Shown one piece after another: positions 10,050 to 23,039 of a stretch of 64,000 nt of DNA. The DNA lies in NCBI GenBank assembly GCA_965655095.1, contig OZ296656.1, forward strand, positions 39,804,001 to 39,868,000, in the 5' to 3' direction. How positions within the stretch are numbered: the first letter of the stretch is position 1; each line of letters starts with the position of its first letter. The position numbers and the translations under genes are program-made. The notes under the pieces are model-generated. The model saw only the letters and a list, made by a program, of their open reading frames with translations, was not told where the DNA came from and searched no databases. Source of the stretch: Haplodiscus bocki (lineage: Eukaryota).

Positions 10050-13000
10050 CGCAGGGAAAAAAACCCTTGCAAAAAAGTCTCGGAAAAAACTCAGCGATAA
10101 ACCGCACGGAAAGAGGCACTGCTAATTATCGTTCGGAAATAGCCCCCACGAAGGAGCTTATGGATATCTCCCTTGCAGAAAAGTGCAGGATAAAAGCTCC
10201 ACATGAGAGAGTGTAAAAAGACCCTACCAAACAGTGCAGGTAAAAAGTTCCTGCAGAGAATTGCACAGACGAAACCCTTGCGAAAGAGCGCACAAAAAAA
10301 GCCCCCCGCAAATGCTCCCATTGAAGTCTCCCCTGCAAAAAATGCACGGAGAAAGACCCGGAAAAAATTGAACCAAAAATCCACCCCCCAGAGAGAACAC
10401 TGTAAACGACCTCGCGAAAGAGTCCATGGAAACCGTCCATGCGGAAGTTTGCACGGAAGATGCACCGGGGAATAACCCATGGGGAAAGCCCTGCAAAAGA
10501 GCGTGCCGGAAAAGCTTCGCGAAAGAAGGCGCGGAAAAGAGGCCCTGCACAAAAGCGCAAGGCAAAAACGCCTGCGATAGGGCGCCAGCAAAATTGATCT
10601 GCCGGAAACCGCACGGAATAAAGCACTAAGTAAAACGCACGAAGAAGCTCCTGGGAAAGAGGGCAGGCAAAAAACCACTCCAAAGAAGCGCACGGAAAAA
10701 GCTCCGATGAGCCCAGAGATGCCTCCGTTGCGAAAGAAAGCCCGGGGAAACAGCCTCGCAAGAGATAGCACGGAAAAAGCCCCCGCAAAAAACCCTTGTA
10801 AGTTGTCCATGCGAAACAGTTCACGGAAGGTATCCCCAAGAAAGAGTCCATGGTAAACGCACTGCGAAAAAACGTACCAAACAAGCCCCAGCAAAAGAAC
10901 CCAGGGAAGTCTCACATGCAACAATATGCACGGAGGAGGCCCCGGAAAAAATGCACCAATAAGTTACCCTCAGGACAGTGCACTGAAAACGACCCTCCGA
11001 ACAATTATTGGAAACCGTCCATGCAAAAGAGAGCACAAGAGCAAAAGCCCACGGGAAAATCCCTGCAGAGGAGAGTGCGGAAGAAGCTTTCTGAAAGCGG
11101 TCGTAAAAAAACCCCCTGCAAAAAAGCGCGCTGCAAAAACTTCTGCGAAAGAGCGTGCCGAAAAAGCCACTGCGAAAAAGCGCACAGGAAAAGCTCCTGG
11201 GTATGAGCCGATCGATATCTCCACTGCGAAAGAGTGCCAGGGAAAAGAGCCCCACGAAAGAGAGCACGGTAAAAGCTGCGCGAAAAGGTCCAAGGGAAAA
11301 GCACATACAAAAAAGAGCACGAAAAAAGACCCTACCAAAGAGTGCGGGTAAAAAGTTCCTGCGAAGAAACGCACAGACGAAACCCTCGCGAAAGATCGCA
11401 CAAAAAGCCCCCGCAAATGCTCCCATTGAAGTCTCCCCGGCAAAAAATTGCACGGAAATAGACCCGGAAGAAAATTGAACCAAAAATCCACCCCCGAGAG
11501 AGCGCACTGTAAACGAACCCGCGAAAGAGTCCATGGAAACCGTCCATGCGGAAGTTTGCACGGAAGATGCACCGGGGAATAACCCATGGGGAAAGCCCTG
11601 CAAAAGAGTGTGCCGAAAAAGCTTTGCGAAAGAAGGCGCGGAAAAGAGGCCCTGCACAAAAGCGCAAGGCAAAAACGCCTGCGATAGGGCGCCAGCAAAA
11701 TTGATCTGCCGGAAAGCGCACGGAATAAAGCACTAAGTAAAACGCACGAAGAAGCTCCTGGGAAAGAGGGCACGCAAAAAACCACTCCAAAGAGGCGCAC
11801 GGATAAACCTACTGACGATGAGCCCATGGATACCTGCGTTGCGAAAGAAAGCCCGGGGAAACAGCCTCGCAACAGATAGCACGGAAAAAGGCCCCGCAAA
11901 AAACCCCTTGTAGGTCGCCCATGCGAAACAGTTCACGGAAGATATCCCCAGAAAAGAGCCCATGGTAAACGCCCTGCGAAAAAAAGTACCAAAAAAGCCC
12001 CAGCGAAAGAGCCCAGAGAAGTCTCACATGCAACAATATGCACGGAGGAGGCCCCGGAAAAAATGCACCAAAAAGTTACCCTCCGGATAGTGCACTGAAA
12101 ACGATCCCGCAAAAAATTCGATTGAAACCGTCAATGCGAAAGATTGCAAAGGAGGTACCCCTTGGGAAAAAGCGCAAGAGAAAAATCATGCTAAAGAGCG
12201 CACACGTAATGGTTCTGTGGATAAGTGCACGGGAGCAACCCTAAAAAAACGCACTGAAAAAACCACTGCAAAAGAGCGCACGGAAATGTGCTCTGCAAAG
12301 AAACGCACGCAAAAAGTTCAGAGGGATGAGCCCATGGATATCTCCACTGCGAAAGACTGCACGGTAAAACACGCCCCAAGAAGAGCAGAAAAAAATCCCC
12401 CCCCGCAAAAAAAACCCACGGTAAAACCACTTACGAAGAAGTGCACGAAAAAAACCCCCACGAAAGAGAGCAGATGAAATGATCCTGCGAAAGAGCGCAG
12501 GGAAAAAAACCCTTGCAAAAAAGTCTCGGAAAAAACTCAGCGATAAACCGCACGGAAAGAGGCACTGCTAATTATCGTTCGGAAATAGCCCCCACGAAGG
12601 AGCTTATGGATATCTCCCTTGCAGAAAAGTGCAGGATAAAAGCTCCACATGAGAGAGTGTAAAAAGACCCTACCAAACAGTGCAGGTAAAAAGTTCCTGC
12701 AGAGAATTGCACAGACGAAACCCTTGCGAAAGAGCGCACAAAAAAAGCCCCCCGCAAATGCTCCCATTGAAGTCTCCCCTGCAAAAAATGCACGGAGAAA
12801 GACCCGGAAAAAATTGAACCAAAAATCCACCCCCCAGAGAGAACACTGTAAACGACCTCGCGAAAGAGTCCATGGAAACCGTCCATGCGGAAGTTTGCAC
12901 GGAAGATGCACCGGGGAATAACCCATGGGGAAAGCCCTGCAAAAGAGCGTGCCGGAAAAGCTTCGCGAAAGAAGGCGCGGAAAAGAGGCCCTGCACAAAA

Positions 13001-15150
13001 GCGCAAGGCAAAAACGCCTGCGATAGGGCGCCAGCAAAATTGATCTGCCGGAAACCGCACGGAATAAAGCACTAAGTAAAACGCACGAAGAAGCTCCTGG
13101 GAAAGAGGGCAGGCAAAAAACCACTCCAAAGAAGCGCACGGAAAAAGCTCCGATGAGCCCAGAGATGCCTCCGTTGCGAAAGAAAGCCCGGGGAAACAGC
13201 CTCGCAAGAGATAGCACGGAAAAAGCCCCCGCAAAAAACCCTTGTAAGTTGTCCATGCGAAACAGTTCACGGAAGGTATCCCCAAGAAAGAGTCCATGGT
13301 AAACGCACTGCGAAAAAACGTACCAAACAAGCCCCAGCAAAAGAACTCAGGGAAGTCTCACATGCAACAATATGCACGGAGGAGGCCCCGGAAAAAATGC
13401 ACCAATAAGTTACCCTCAGGACAGTGCACTGAAAACGACCCTCCGAACAATTATTGGAAACCGTCCATGCAAAAGAGAGCACAAGAGCAAAAGCCCACGG
13501 GAAAATCCCTGCAGAGGAGAGTGCGGAAGAAGCTTTCTGAAAGCGGTCGTAAAAAAACCCCCTGCAAAAAAGCGCGCTGCAAAAACTTCTGCGAAAGAGC
13601 GTGCCGAAAAAGCCACTGCGAAAAAGCGCACAGGAAAAGCTCCTGGGTATGAGCCGATCGATATCTCCACTGCGAAAGAGTGCCAGGGAAAAGAGCCCCA
13701 CGAAAGAGAGCACGGTAAAAGCTGCGCGAAAAGGTCCAAGGGAAAAGCACATACAAAAAAGAGCACGAAAAAAGACCCTACCAAAGAGTGCGGGTAAAAA
13801 GTTCCTGCGAAGAAACGCACAGACGAAACCCTCGCGAAAGATCGCACAAAAAGCCCCCGCAAATGCTCCCATTGAAGTCTCCCCGGCAAAAAATTGCACG
13901 GAAATAGACCCGGAAGAAAATTGAACCAAAAATCCACCCCCGAGAGAGCGCACTGTAAACGAACCCGCGAAAGAGTCCATGGAAACCGTCCATGCGGAAG
14001 TTTGCACGGAAGATGCACCGGGGAATAACCCATGGGGAAAGCCCTGCAAAAGAGTGTGCCGAAAAAGCTTTGCGAAAGAAGGCGCGGAAAAGAGGCCCTG
14101 CACAAAAGCGCAAGGCAAAAACGCCTGCGATAGGGCGCCAGCAAAATTGATCTGCCGGAAAGCGCACGGAATAAAGCACTAAGTAAAACGCACGAAGAAG
14201 CTCCTGGGAAAGAGGGCACGCAAAAAACCACTCCAAAGAGGCGCACGGATAAACCTACTGACGATGAGCCCATGGATACCTGCGTTGCGAAAGAAAGCCC
14301 GGGGAAACAGCCTCGCAACAGATAGCACGGAAAAAGGCCCCGCAAAAAACCCCTTGTAGGTCGCCCATGCGAAACAGTTCACGGAAGATATCCCCAGAAA
14401 AGAGCCCATGGTAAACGCCCTGCGAAAAAAAGTACCAAAAAAGCCCCAGCGAAAGAGCCCAGAGAAGTCTCACATGCAACAATATGCACGGAGGAGGCCC
14501 CGGAAAAAATGCACCAAAAAGTTACCCTCCGGATAGTGCACTGAAAACGATCCCGCAAAAAATTCGATTGAAACCGTCAATGCGAAAGATTGCAAAGGAG
14601 GTACCCCTTGGGAAAAAGCGCAAGAGAAAAATCATGCTAAAGAGCGCACACGTAATGGTTCTGTGGATAAGTGCACGGGAGCAACCCTAAAAAAACGCAC
14701 TGAAAAAACCACTGCAAAAGAGCGCACGGAAATGTGCTCTGCAAAGAAACGCACGCAAAAAGTTCAGAGGGATGAGCCCATGGATATCTCCACTGCGAAA
14801 GACTGCACGGTAAAACACGCCCCAAGAAGAGCAGAAAAAAATCCCCCCCCGCAAAAAAAACCCACGGTAAAACCACTTACGAAGAAGTGCACGAAAAAAA
14901 CCCCCACGAAAGAGAGCAGATGAAATGATCCTGCGAAAGAGCGCAGGGAAAAAAACCCTTGCAAAAAAGTCTCGGAAAAAACTCAGCGATAAACCGCACG
15001 GAAAGAGGCACTGCTAATTATCGTTCGGAAATAGCCCCCACGAAGGAGCTTATGGATATCTCCCTTGCAGAAAAGTGCAGGATAAAAGCTCCACATGAGA
15101 GAGTGTAAAAAGACCCTACCAAACAGTGCAGGTAAAAAGTTCCTGCAGAG
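10050..15150 (+). repeat. 2446-bp higher-order repeat (1107 + 1339), about two near-identical copies
   Basis: Identical or near-identical ORFs offset by exactly 2446: 10126/12572, 10426/12872, 10970/13416, 11533/13979, 12038/14484, 12318/14764. Confidence 0.9.
10426..11532 (+). repeat. ~1107-bp unit variant (~668-bp deletion plus small indels); other copies at 12872-13978 and 16658-17765
   Basis: Junction CAGTGCACTGAAAACGA|CCCTCCGAAC at ~10980, ~13426 and ~17211 joins two GCACTGAAAACGA copies that lie 668 bp apart in the full unit (43113 vs 43781). Confidence 0.9.
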
Positions 15151-18100
15151 AATTGCACAGACGAAACCTTTGCGAAAGAGCGCACAAAAAAAGCCCCCCG
15201 CAAATGCTCCCATTGAAGTCTCCCCTGCAAAAAATTGCACGGAGAAAGACCCGGAAAAAATTGAACCAAAAATCCACCCCCCAGAGAGAACACTGTAAAC
15301 GACCTTGCGAAAGAGTCCATGGAAACCGTCCATGCGGAAGTTTGCACTGAAGATGCACCGGGGAATAACCCATGGGGAAAGCCCTGCAAAAGGGCGTGCC
15401 GAAAAAGCTTTGCGAAAGAAGGCGCGGAAAAGAGGCCCTGCACAAAAGCGCAAGGCAAAAACGCCTGCGATAAGGCGCCAGCAAAATTGATCTGCCGGAA
15501 AACGCACGGAGGAAAGCACTAAAAAAACCACACGAAGAAGCTCCTGGGAAAGAGGGCACGCAAAAAACCACTCCAAGGAAGCGCACGGAAAAAGCTCCTG
15601 AGGATGAGCCCAGAGATGCTTCCGTTGCGAAAGAAAGCCCGGGGAAACAGCCTCGCAACAGATAACACGGAAAAAGCCACCGCAAAAAAACCCCTTGTAA
15701 GTTGCCCATGCGAAACAGTTCACGGAATATATCCCCAAGAAAGAGCCCATGGTAAACGCCCTGCGAAAAAAAGTACCAAAAAAGCCCCAGCGAAAGAGCC
15801 CAGGGAAGTCTCACATGCAACAATATGCACGGAGGAGGCCCCGGAAAAAATGCACCAAAAAGTTACCCTCCCGATCGTGCACTGAAAAGGATCCTGCGAA
15901 AAATTCGATTGAAACCGTCCACGTGAAAGATTGCAAAGGAGGTACCCCTTGGGAAAAAGCGCAAGGGAAAAATCATGCTAAAGAGCGCTCACGGAATGGT
16001 TCTGTGGATAAGTGCACGGGAGCAACCCTAAAAAAACGCACTGAAAAAACCACTGCAAAAGAGCGCACGGAAATGTGCTCTGCAAAGAAACGCACGCAAA
16101 AAGTTCAGAGGGATGAGCCCATGGATATCTCCACTGCGAAAGACTGCACGGTAAAACACGCCCCAAGAAGAGCAGAAACCCCCCCCCCCCGCATTAAAAA
16201 CCCACGGTAAAACCACTTACGAAAAAGTGCACGAAAAAAAACCCTACGAAAGAGAGCAGATGAAAGGATCCTGCGAAAGAGCGCAGGGAAAAAAACCCTT
16301 GCAAAAAAGTCTCGGAAAAAACTCAGCGATAAACCGCACGGAAAGAGGCACTGCTAATTATCGTTCGGAAATAGCCCCCACGAAGGAGCTTATGGATATC
16401 TCCCTTGCAGAAAAGTGCAGGATAAAAGCTCCACATGAGAGAGTGTAAAAAGACCCTACCAAACAGTGCAGGTAAAAAGTTCCTGCAGAGAATTGCACAG
16501 ACGAAACCCTTGCGAAAGAGCGCACAAAAAAAGCCCCCCGCAAATGCTCCCATTGAAGTCTCCCCTGCAAAAAATGCACGGAGAAAGACCCGGAAAAAAT
16601 TGAACCAAAAATCCACCCCCCAGAGAGAACACTGTAAACGACCTCGCGAAAGAGTCCATGGAAACCGTCCATGCGGAAGTTTGCACGGAAGATGCACCGG
16701 GGAATAACCCATGGGGAAAGCCCTGCAAAAGAGCGTGCCGAAAAAGCTTCGCGAAAGAAGGCGCGGAAAAGAGGCCCTGCACAAAAGCGCAAGGCAAAAA
16801 CGCCTGCGATAGGGCGCCAGCAAAATTGATCTGCCGGAAACCGCACGGAATAAAGCACTAAGTAAAACGCACGAAGAAGCTCCTGGGAAAGAGGGCACGC
16901 AAAAAACCACTCCAAAGAAGCGCACGGAAAAAGCTCCGATGAGCCCAGAGATGCCTCCGTTGCGAAAGAAAGCCCGGGGAAACAGCCTCGCAAGAGATAG
17001 CACGGAAAAAGCCCCCGCAAAAAACCCTTGTAAGTTGTCCATGCGAAACAGTTCACGGAAGGTATCCCCAAGAAAGAGTCCATGGTAAACGCACTGCGAA
17101 AAAACGTACCAAACAAGCCCCAGCAAAAGAACCCAGGGAAGTCTCACATGCAAAAATATGCACGGAGGAGGCCCCGGAAAAAATGCACCAATAAGTTACC
17201 CTCAGGACAGTGCACTGAAAACGACCCTCCGAACAATTATTGGAAACCGTCCATGCAAAAGAGAGCACAAGAGCAAAAGCCCACGGGAAAATCCCTGCAG
17301 AGGAGAGTGCGGAAGAAGCTTTCTGAAAGCGGTCGTAAAAAAACCCCCTGCAAAAAAGCGCGCTGCAAAAACTTCTGCGAAAGAGCGTGCCGAAAAGGCC
17401 ACTGCGAAGAAGCGCACAGGAAAATCTCCTGGGTATGAGCCGATCGATATCTCCACTGCAAAAGAGTGCCAGGGAAAACAGCCCCACGAAAGAGAGCACG
17501 ATAAAAGCTGCGCGAAAAGGTCCACGGGAAAAGCACATAACAAAAAGAGCACATAAAAAGACCCTACCAAACAGTGCAGGTAAAAAGTTCCTGCAGAGAA
17601 TTGCACAGACGAAACCCTTGCGAAAGAGCGCACAAAAAAAGCCCCCGCAAATGCTCCCATTGAAGTCTCCCCTGCAAAAAATTGCACGGAGAAAGACCCG
17701 GAAAAAATTGAACCAAAAATCCACCCCCCAGAGAGAACACTGTAAACGACCTCGCGAAAGAGTCCGTGGAAACCGTCCATGCGGAAGTTTGCACGGAAGA
17801 TGCACCGGGGAATAACCCATGGGGAAAACCCTGCAAAAGAGCATGCCGAAAAAGCTTTGCGAAAGAAGGCGCGGAAAAGAGGCCCTGCACAAAAGCGCAA
17901 GGCAAAAACGCCTGCGATAAAGCGCCAGCAAAATTGATCTGCCGGAAAGCGCACGGAATAAAGCACTAAGTAAAACGCACGAAGAAGCTCCTGGGAAAGA
18001 GGGCACGCAAAAAACCACTCCAAAGAAGCGCACGGATAAAGCTATTGAGGATGAGCCCATGGATACCTCCGTTGCGAAAGAAAGCCCGGGGAAACAGCCT

Positions 18101-21100
18101 CGCAACAGATGGCACAGAAAAAGCCCCCGCAAAAAACCCCTTGTAAGTTGCCCATGCGAAACAGTTCACGGAAGATATCCCCAAGAAAGAGCCCATGGTA
18201 AACACCCTGCGAAAAAACGTACCAAAAAAGCCCCAGCGAACGAGCCCAGAGAAGTCTCACATGCAACAATATGCACGGAGGAGGCCCCGGAAAAAATGCA
18301 CCAAAAAGTTACCCTCCCGATCGTGCACTGAAAAAGATCCTGCGAAAAATTCGATTGAAACCGTCCACGTGAAAGATTGCAAAGGAGGTACCCCTTGGGA
18401 AAAAGCGCAAGGGAAAAATCATGCTAAAGAGCGCACACGGAATGGTTCTGTGGATAAGTGCACGGGAGCAACCCTAAAAAAACGCACTGAAAAAACCACT
18501 GCAAAAGAGCGCACGGAAATGTGCTCTGCAAAGAAACGCACGCAAAAAGTTCAGAGGGATGAGCCCATGGATATCTCCACTGCGAAAGACTGCACGGTAA
18601 AACACGCCCCAAGAAGAGCAGAAAAAAGTCCCCCCCGCAAAAAAAAACCCACGGTAAAACCACTTACGAAAAAGTGCACGAAAAAAACCCCTACGAAAGA
18701 GAGGAGATGAAATGATCCTGCGAAAGAGCGCAGGGAAAAAAACCCTTGCAAAAAAGTCTCGGAAAAAACTCAGCGATAAACCGCACGGAAAGAGGCACTG
18801 CTAATTATCGTTCGGAAATAGCCCCCACGAAGGAGCTTATGGATATCTCCCTTGCAGAAAAGTGCAGGATAAAAACTCCACATAAGAGAGTGTAAAAAGA
18901 CCCTACCAAACAGTGCAGGTAAAAAGTTCCTGCAGAGAATTGCACAGACGAAACCCTTGCGAAAGAGCGCACAAAAAAAGCCCCCCGCAAACGCTCCCAT
19001 TGAAGTCTCCCCTGCAAAAAATTGCACGGAGAAAGACCCGGAAAAAATTGAACCAAAAATCCACCCCCCAGAGGGAACACTGTAAACGACCTTGCGAAAG
19101 AGTCCATGGAAACCGTCCATGTGGAAGTTCGCACGGAATATGCACCGGGGAATAACCCATGGGGAAAGCCCTGCAAAAGAGCGTGCCGAAAAAGCTTTGC
19201 GAAAGAAGGCGCAAAAAAGAGGCCCTGCTCAAAAGCGCAAGGCAAAAACGCCTGCGATAGGGCGCCAGCAAAATTGATCTGCCGGAAAACGCACGGAGGA
19301 AAGCACTAAGTAAAACACACGAAGAAGCTCCTGGGAAAGAAGGCACGCAAAAAACCACTCCAAAGAAGCGCACGGAAAAAGCTCCTGAGGATGAGCCCAG
19401 AGATGCCTCCGTTGCGAAAGAAAGCCCGGGGAAACAGCCTCGCAACAGATAACACGGAAAAAGCCCCCGCAAAAAACCCCTTGTAGGTTGCCCATGCGAA
19501 ACAGTTCTTGGAAGATATCCCCAAGAAAGAGCCCATGGTAAACGCCCTGCGAAAAAAAGTACCAAAAAAGCCCCAGCGAAAGAGCCCAGGGAAGTCTCAC
19601 ATGCAACAATATGCACGGAGGAGGCCCCGGAAAAAATGCACCAAAAAGTTACCCTCCCGATCGTGCACTGAAAAGGATCCTGCGAAAAATTCGATTGAAA
19701 CCGTCCACGTGAAAGATTGCAAAGGAGGTACCCCTTGGGAAAAAGCGCAAGGGAAAAATCATGCTACAGAGCGCACACGGAATGGTTCTGTGGATAAGTG
19801 CACGGGAGCAACCCTTAAAAAAACGCACTGAAAAAACCACTGCAAAAGAGCGCACGGAAATGTGCTCTGCAAAGAAACGGACGCAAAAAGTTCAGAGGGA
19901 TGAGCCCATGGATATCTCCACTGCGAAAGACTGCACGGTAAAACACGCCCCAAGAAGAGCAGAAAAAGTCCCCCCGCAAAAAAACCCACGGTAAAACCAC
20001 TTACGAAAAAGTGCACGAAAAAAACCCCTACGAAAGAGAGCAGATGAAATGATCCTGCGAAAGAGCGCAGGGAAAAAAACCCTTGCAAAAAAGTCTCGGA
20101 AAAAACTCAGCGATAAACTGCACGGAAAGAGGCACTGCTAATTATCGTTCGGAAATAGCCCCCACGAAGGAGCTTATGGATATCTCCCTTGCAGAAAAGT
20201 GCAGGATAAAAACTCCACATAAGAGAGTGTAAAAAGACCCTACCAAACAGTGCAGGTAAAAAGTTCCTGCAGAGAATTGCACAGACGAAACCCTTGCGAA
20301 AGAGCGCACAAAAAAAGCCCCCCGCAAACGCTCCCATTGAAGTCTCCCCTGCAAAAAATTGCACGGAGAAAGACCCGGAAAAAATTGAACCAAAAATCCA
20401 CCCCCCAGAGGGAACACTGTAAACGACCTTGCGAAAGAGTCCATGGAAACCGTCCATGTGGAAGTTCGCACGGAATATGCACCGGGGAATAACCCATGGG
20501 GAAAGCCCTGCAAAAGAGCGTGCCGAAAAAGCTTTGCGAAAGAAGGCGCAAAAAAGAGGCCCTGCTCAAAAGCGCAAGGCAAAAACGCCTGCGATAGGGC
20601 GCCAGCAAAATTGATCTGCCGGAAAACGCATGGAGGAAAGCACTAAGTAAAACACACGAAGAAGCTCCTGGGAAAGAAGGCACGCAAAAAACCACTCCAA
20701 AGAAGCGCACGGAAAAAGCTCCTGAGGATGAGCCCAGAGATGCCTCCGTTGCGAAAGAAAGCCCGGGGAAACAGCCTCGCAACAGATAACACGGAAAAAG
20801 CCCCCGCAAAAAACCCCTTGTAGGTTGCCCATGCGAAACAGTTCTTGGAAGATATCCCCAAGAAAGAGCCCATGGTAAACGCCCTGCGAAAAAAAGTACC
20901 AAAAAAGCCCCAGCGAAAGAGCCCAGGGAAGTCTCACATGCAACAATATGCACGGAGGAGGCCCCGGAAAAAATGCACCAAAAAGTTACCCTCCTGATCG
21001 TGCACTGAAAAGGATCCTGCGAAAAATTCGATTGAAACCGTCCACGTGAAAGATTGCAAAGGCGGTACCCCTTGGGAAAAAGCGCAAGGGAAAAATCATG

Positions 21101-23039
21101 CTACAGAGCGCACACGGAATGGTTCTGTGGATAAGTGCACGGGAGCAACCCTTAAAAAAACGCACTGAAAAAACCACTGCAAAAGAGCGCACGGAAATGT
21201 GCTCTGCAAAGAAACGGACGCAAAAAGTTCAGAGGGATGAGCCCATGGATATCTCCACTGCGAAAGACTGCACGGTAAAACACGCCCCAAGAAGAGCAGA
21301 AAAAGTCCCCCCGCAAAAAAACCCACGGTAAAACCACTTACGAAAAAGTGCACGAAAAAAACCCCTACGAAAGAGAGCAGATGAAATGATCCTGCGAAAG
21401 AGCGCAGGAAAAAAACCGTTGCAAAAAAGTCTCGGAAAGAACTCAGCGATAAAGCGCACGGAAAGAGGCACTGCTAATTATCGTTCGGAAAAAGCCCCCA
21501 CGAAGTAGCTTATGGATATCTCCCTTGCAGAAAAGTGCAGGATAAAAGCTCCACATGAGAGAGTGTAAAAAGACCCTACCAAACAGTGCAGGTAAAAAGT
21601 TCCTGCAGAGAATTGCACAGACGAAACCCTTGCGAAAGAGCGCACAAAAAATGCCCCCCGCAAATGCTCCCATTGAAGTCTCCCCTGCAAAAAATTGCAC
21701 GGAGAAAGACCCGGAAAAAATTGAACCAAAAATCCAACCCCCAGAGAGAACACTTTAAAAGACCTTGCGAAAGAGTCCATGGAAACCGTCCATGTGCAAG
21801 TTCGCACGGAAGATGCACCGGGGAATAACCCATGGGGAAAGCCCTGCAAAAGGGCGTGCCGAAAAAGCTTTGCGAAAGAAGGCTCGGAAAAGAGGCCCTG
21901 CTCAAAAGCGCAAGGCAAAAACGCCTGCGGTAGGGCGCCAGCAAAATTGATCTGCCGGAAAACGCACGGAGGAAAGCACTAAAGAAAACACACGAAGAAG
22001 CTCCTGGGAAAGAAGGCACGCAAAAAACCACTCCAAAGAAGCGCACGGAAAATATCCTGAGGATGAGCCCAGAGATGCCTCCGTTGCGAAAGAAAGCCCG
22101 GGGAAACAGCCTCGCAACAGATAACACGGAAAAAGCCCCCGCAAAAACCCCTTGTAGGTTGTCCATGCGAAACAGTTCTTGGAAGATATCCCCAAGAAAG
22201 AGCCCATGGTAAACGCCCTGCGAAAAAAAGTACCAAAAAAGCCCCAGCGAAAGAGCCCAGGGAAGTCTCACATGCAACAATATGCACGGAGGAGGCCCCG
22301 GAAAAAATGCACCAAAAAGTTACCCTCCCGATCGTGCACTGAAAAGGATCCTGCGAAAAATTCGATTGAAACCGTCCACGTGAAAGATTGCAAAGGAGGT
22401 ACCCCTTGGGAAAAAGCGCAAGGGAAAAATCATGCTAAAGAGCGCACACGAATGGTTCTGTGGATAAGTGCACGGGAGCAACCCTAAAAAAACGCACTGA
22501 AAAAACCACTGCAAAAGAGCGCACGAAAATATGCCCTGCAAAGAAACGCACGCAAAAAGTTCAGAGGGATGAGCCCATGGATATCTCCACTGCGAAAGAA
22601 TGCACGGTAAAACACGCCCCATGAAGAGCAGAAAATAATCCCCCCCGCAAAAAAACCCACGGTAAAACCACTTACGAAAAAGTGCACGAAAAAAACCCCT
22701 ACGAAAGAGAGCAGATGAAATGATCCTGCGAAAGAGCGCAGGAAAAAAAACCCTTGCAAAAAAGTCTCGGAAAAAACTCAGCGATAAAGCGCACGGAAAG
22801 AGGCACTGCTAATTATTGTTCGGAAATAGCCCCCACGAAGGAGCTTATGAATATCTCCCTTGCAGAAAAGTGCAGGATAAAAGCTCCACATGAGAGAGTG
22901 TAAAAAGACCCTACCAAACAGTGCAGGTAAAAAGTTCCTGCAGAGAATTGCACAGACGAAACCCTTGCGAAAGAGCGCACAAAAAAGCCCCCCGCAAATG
23001 CTCCCATTGAAGTCTCTCCTGCAAAAAATTGCACGGAGA

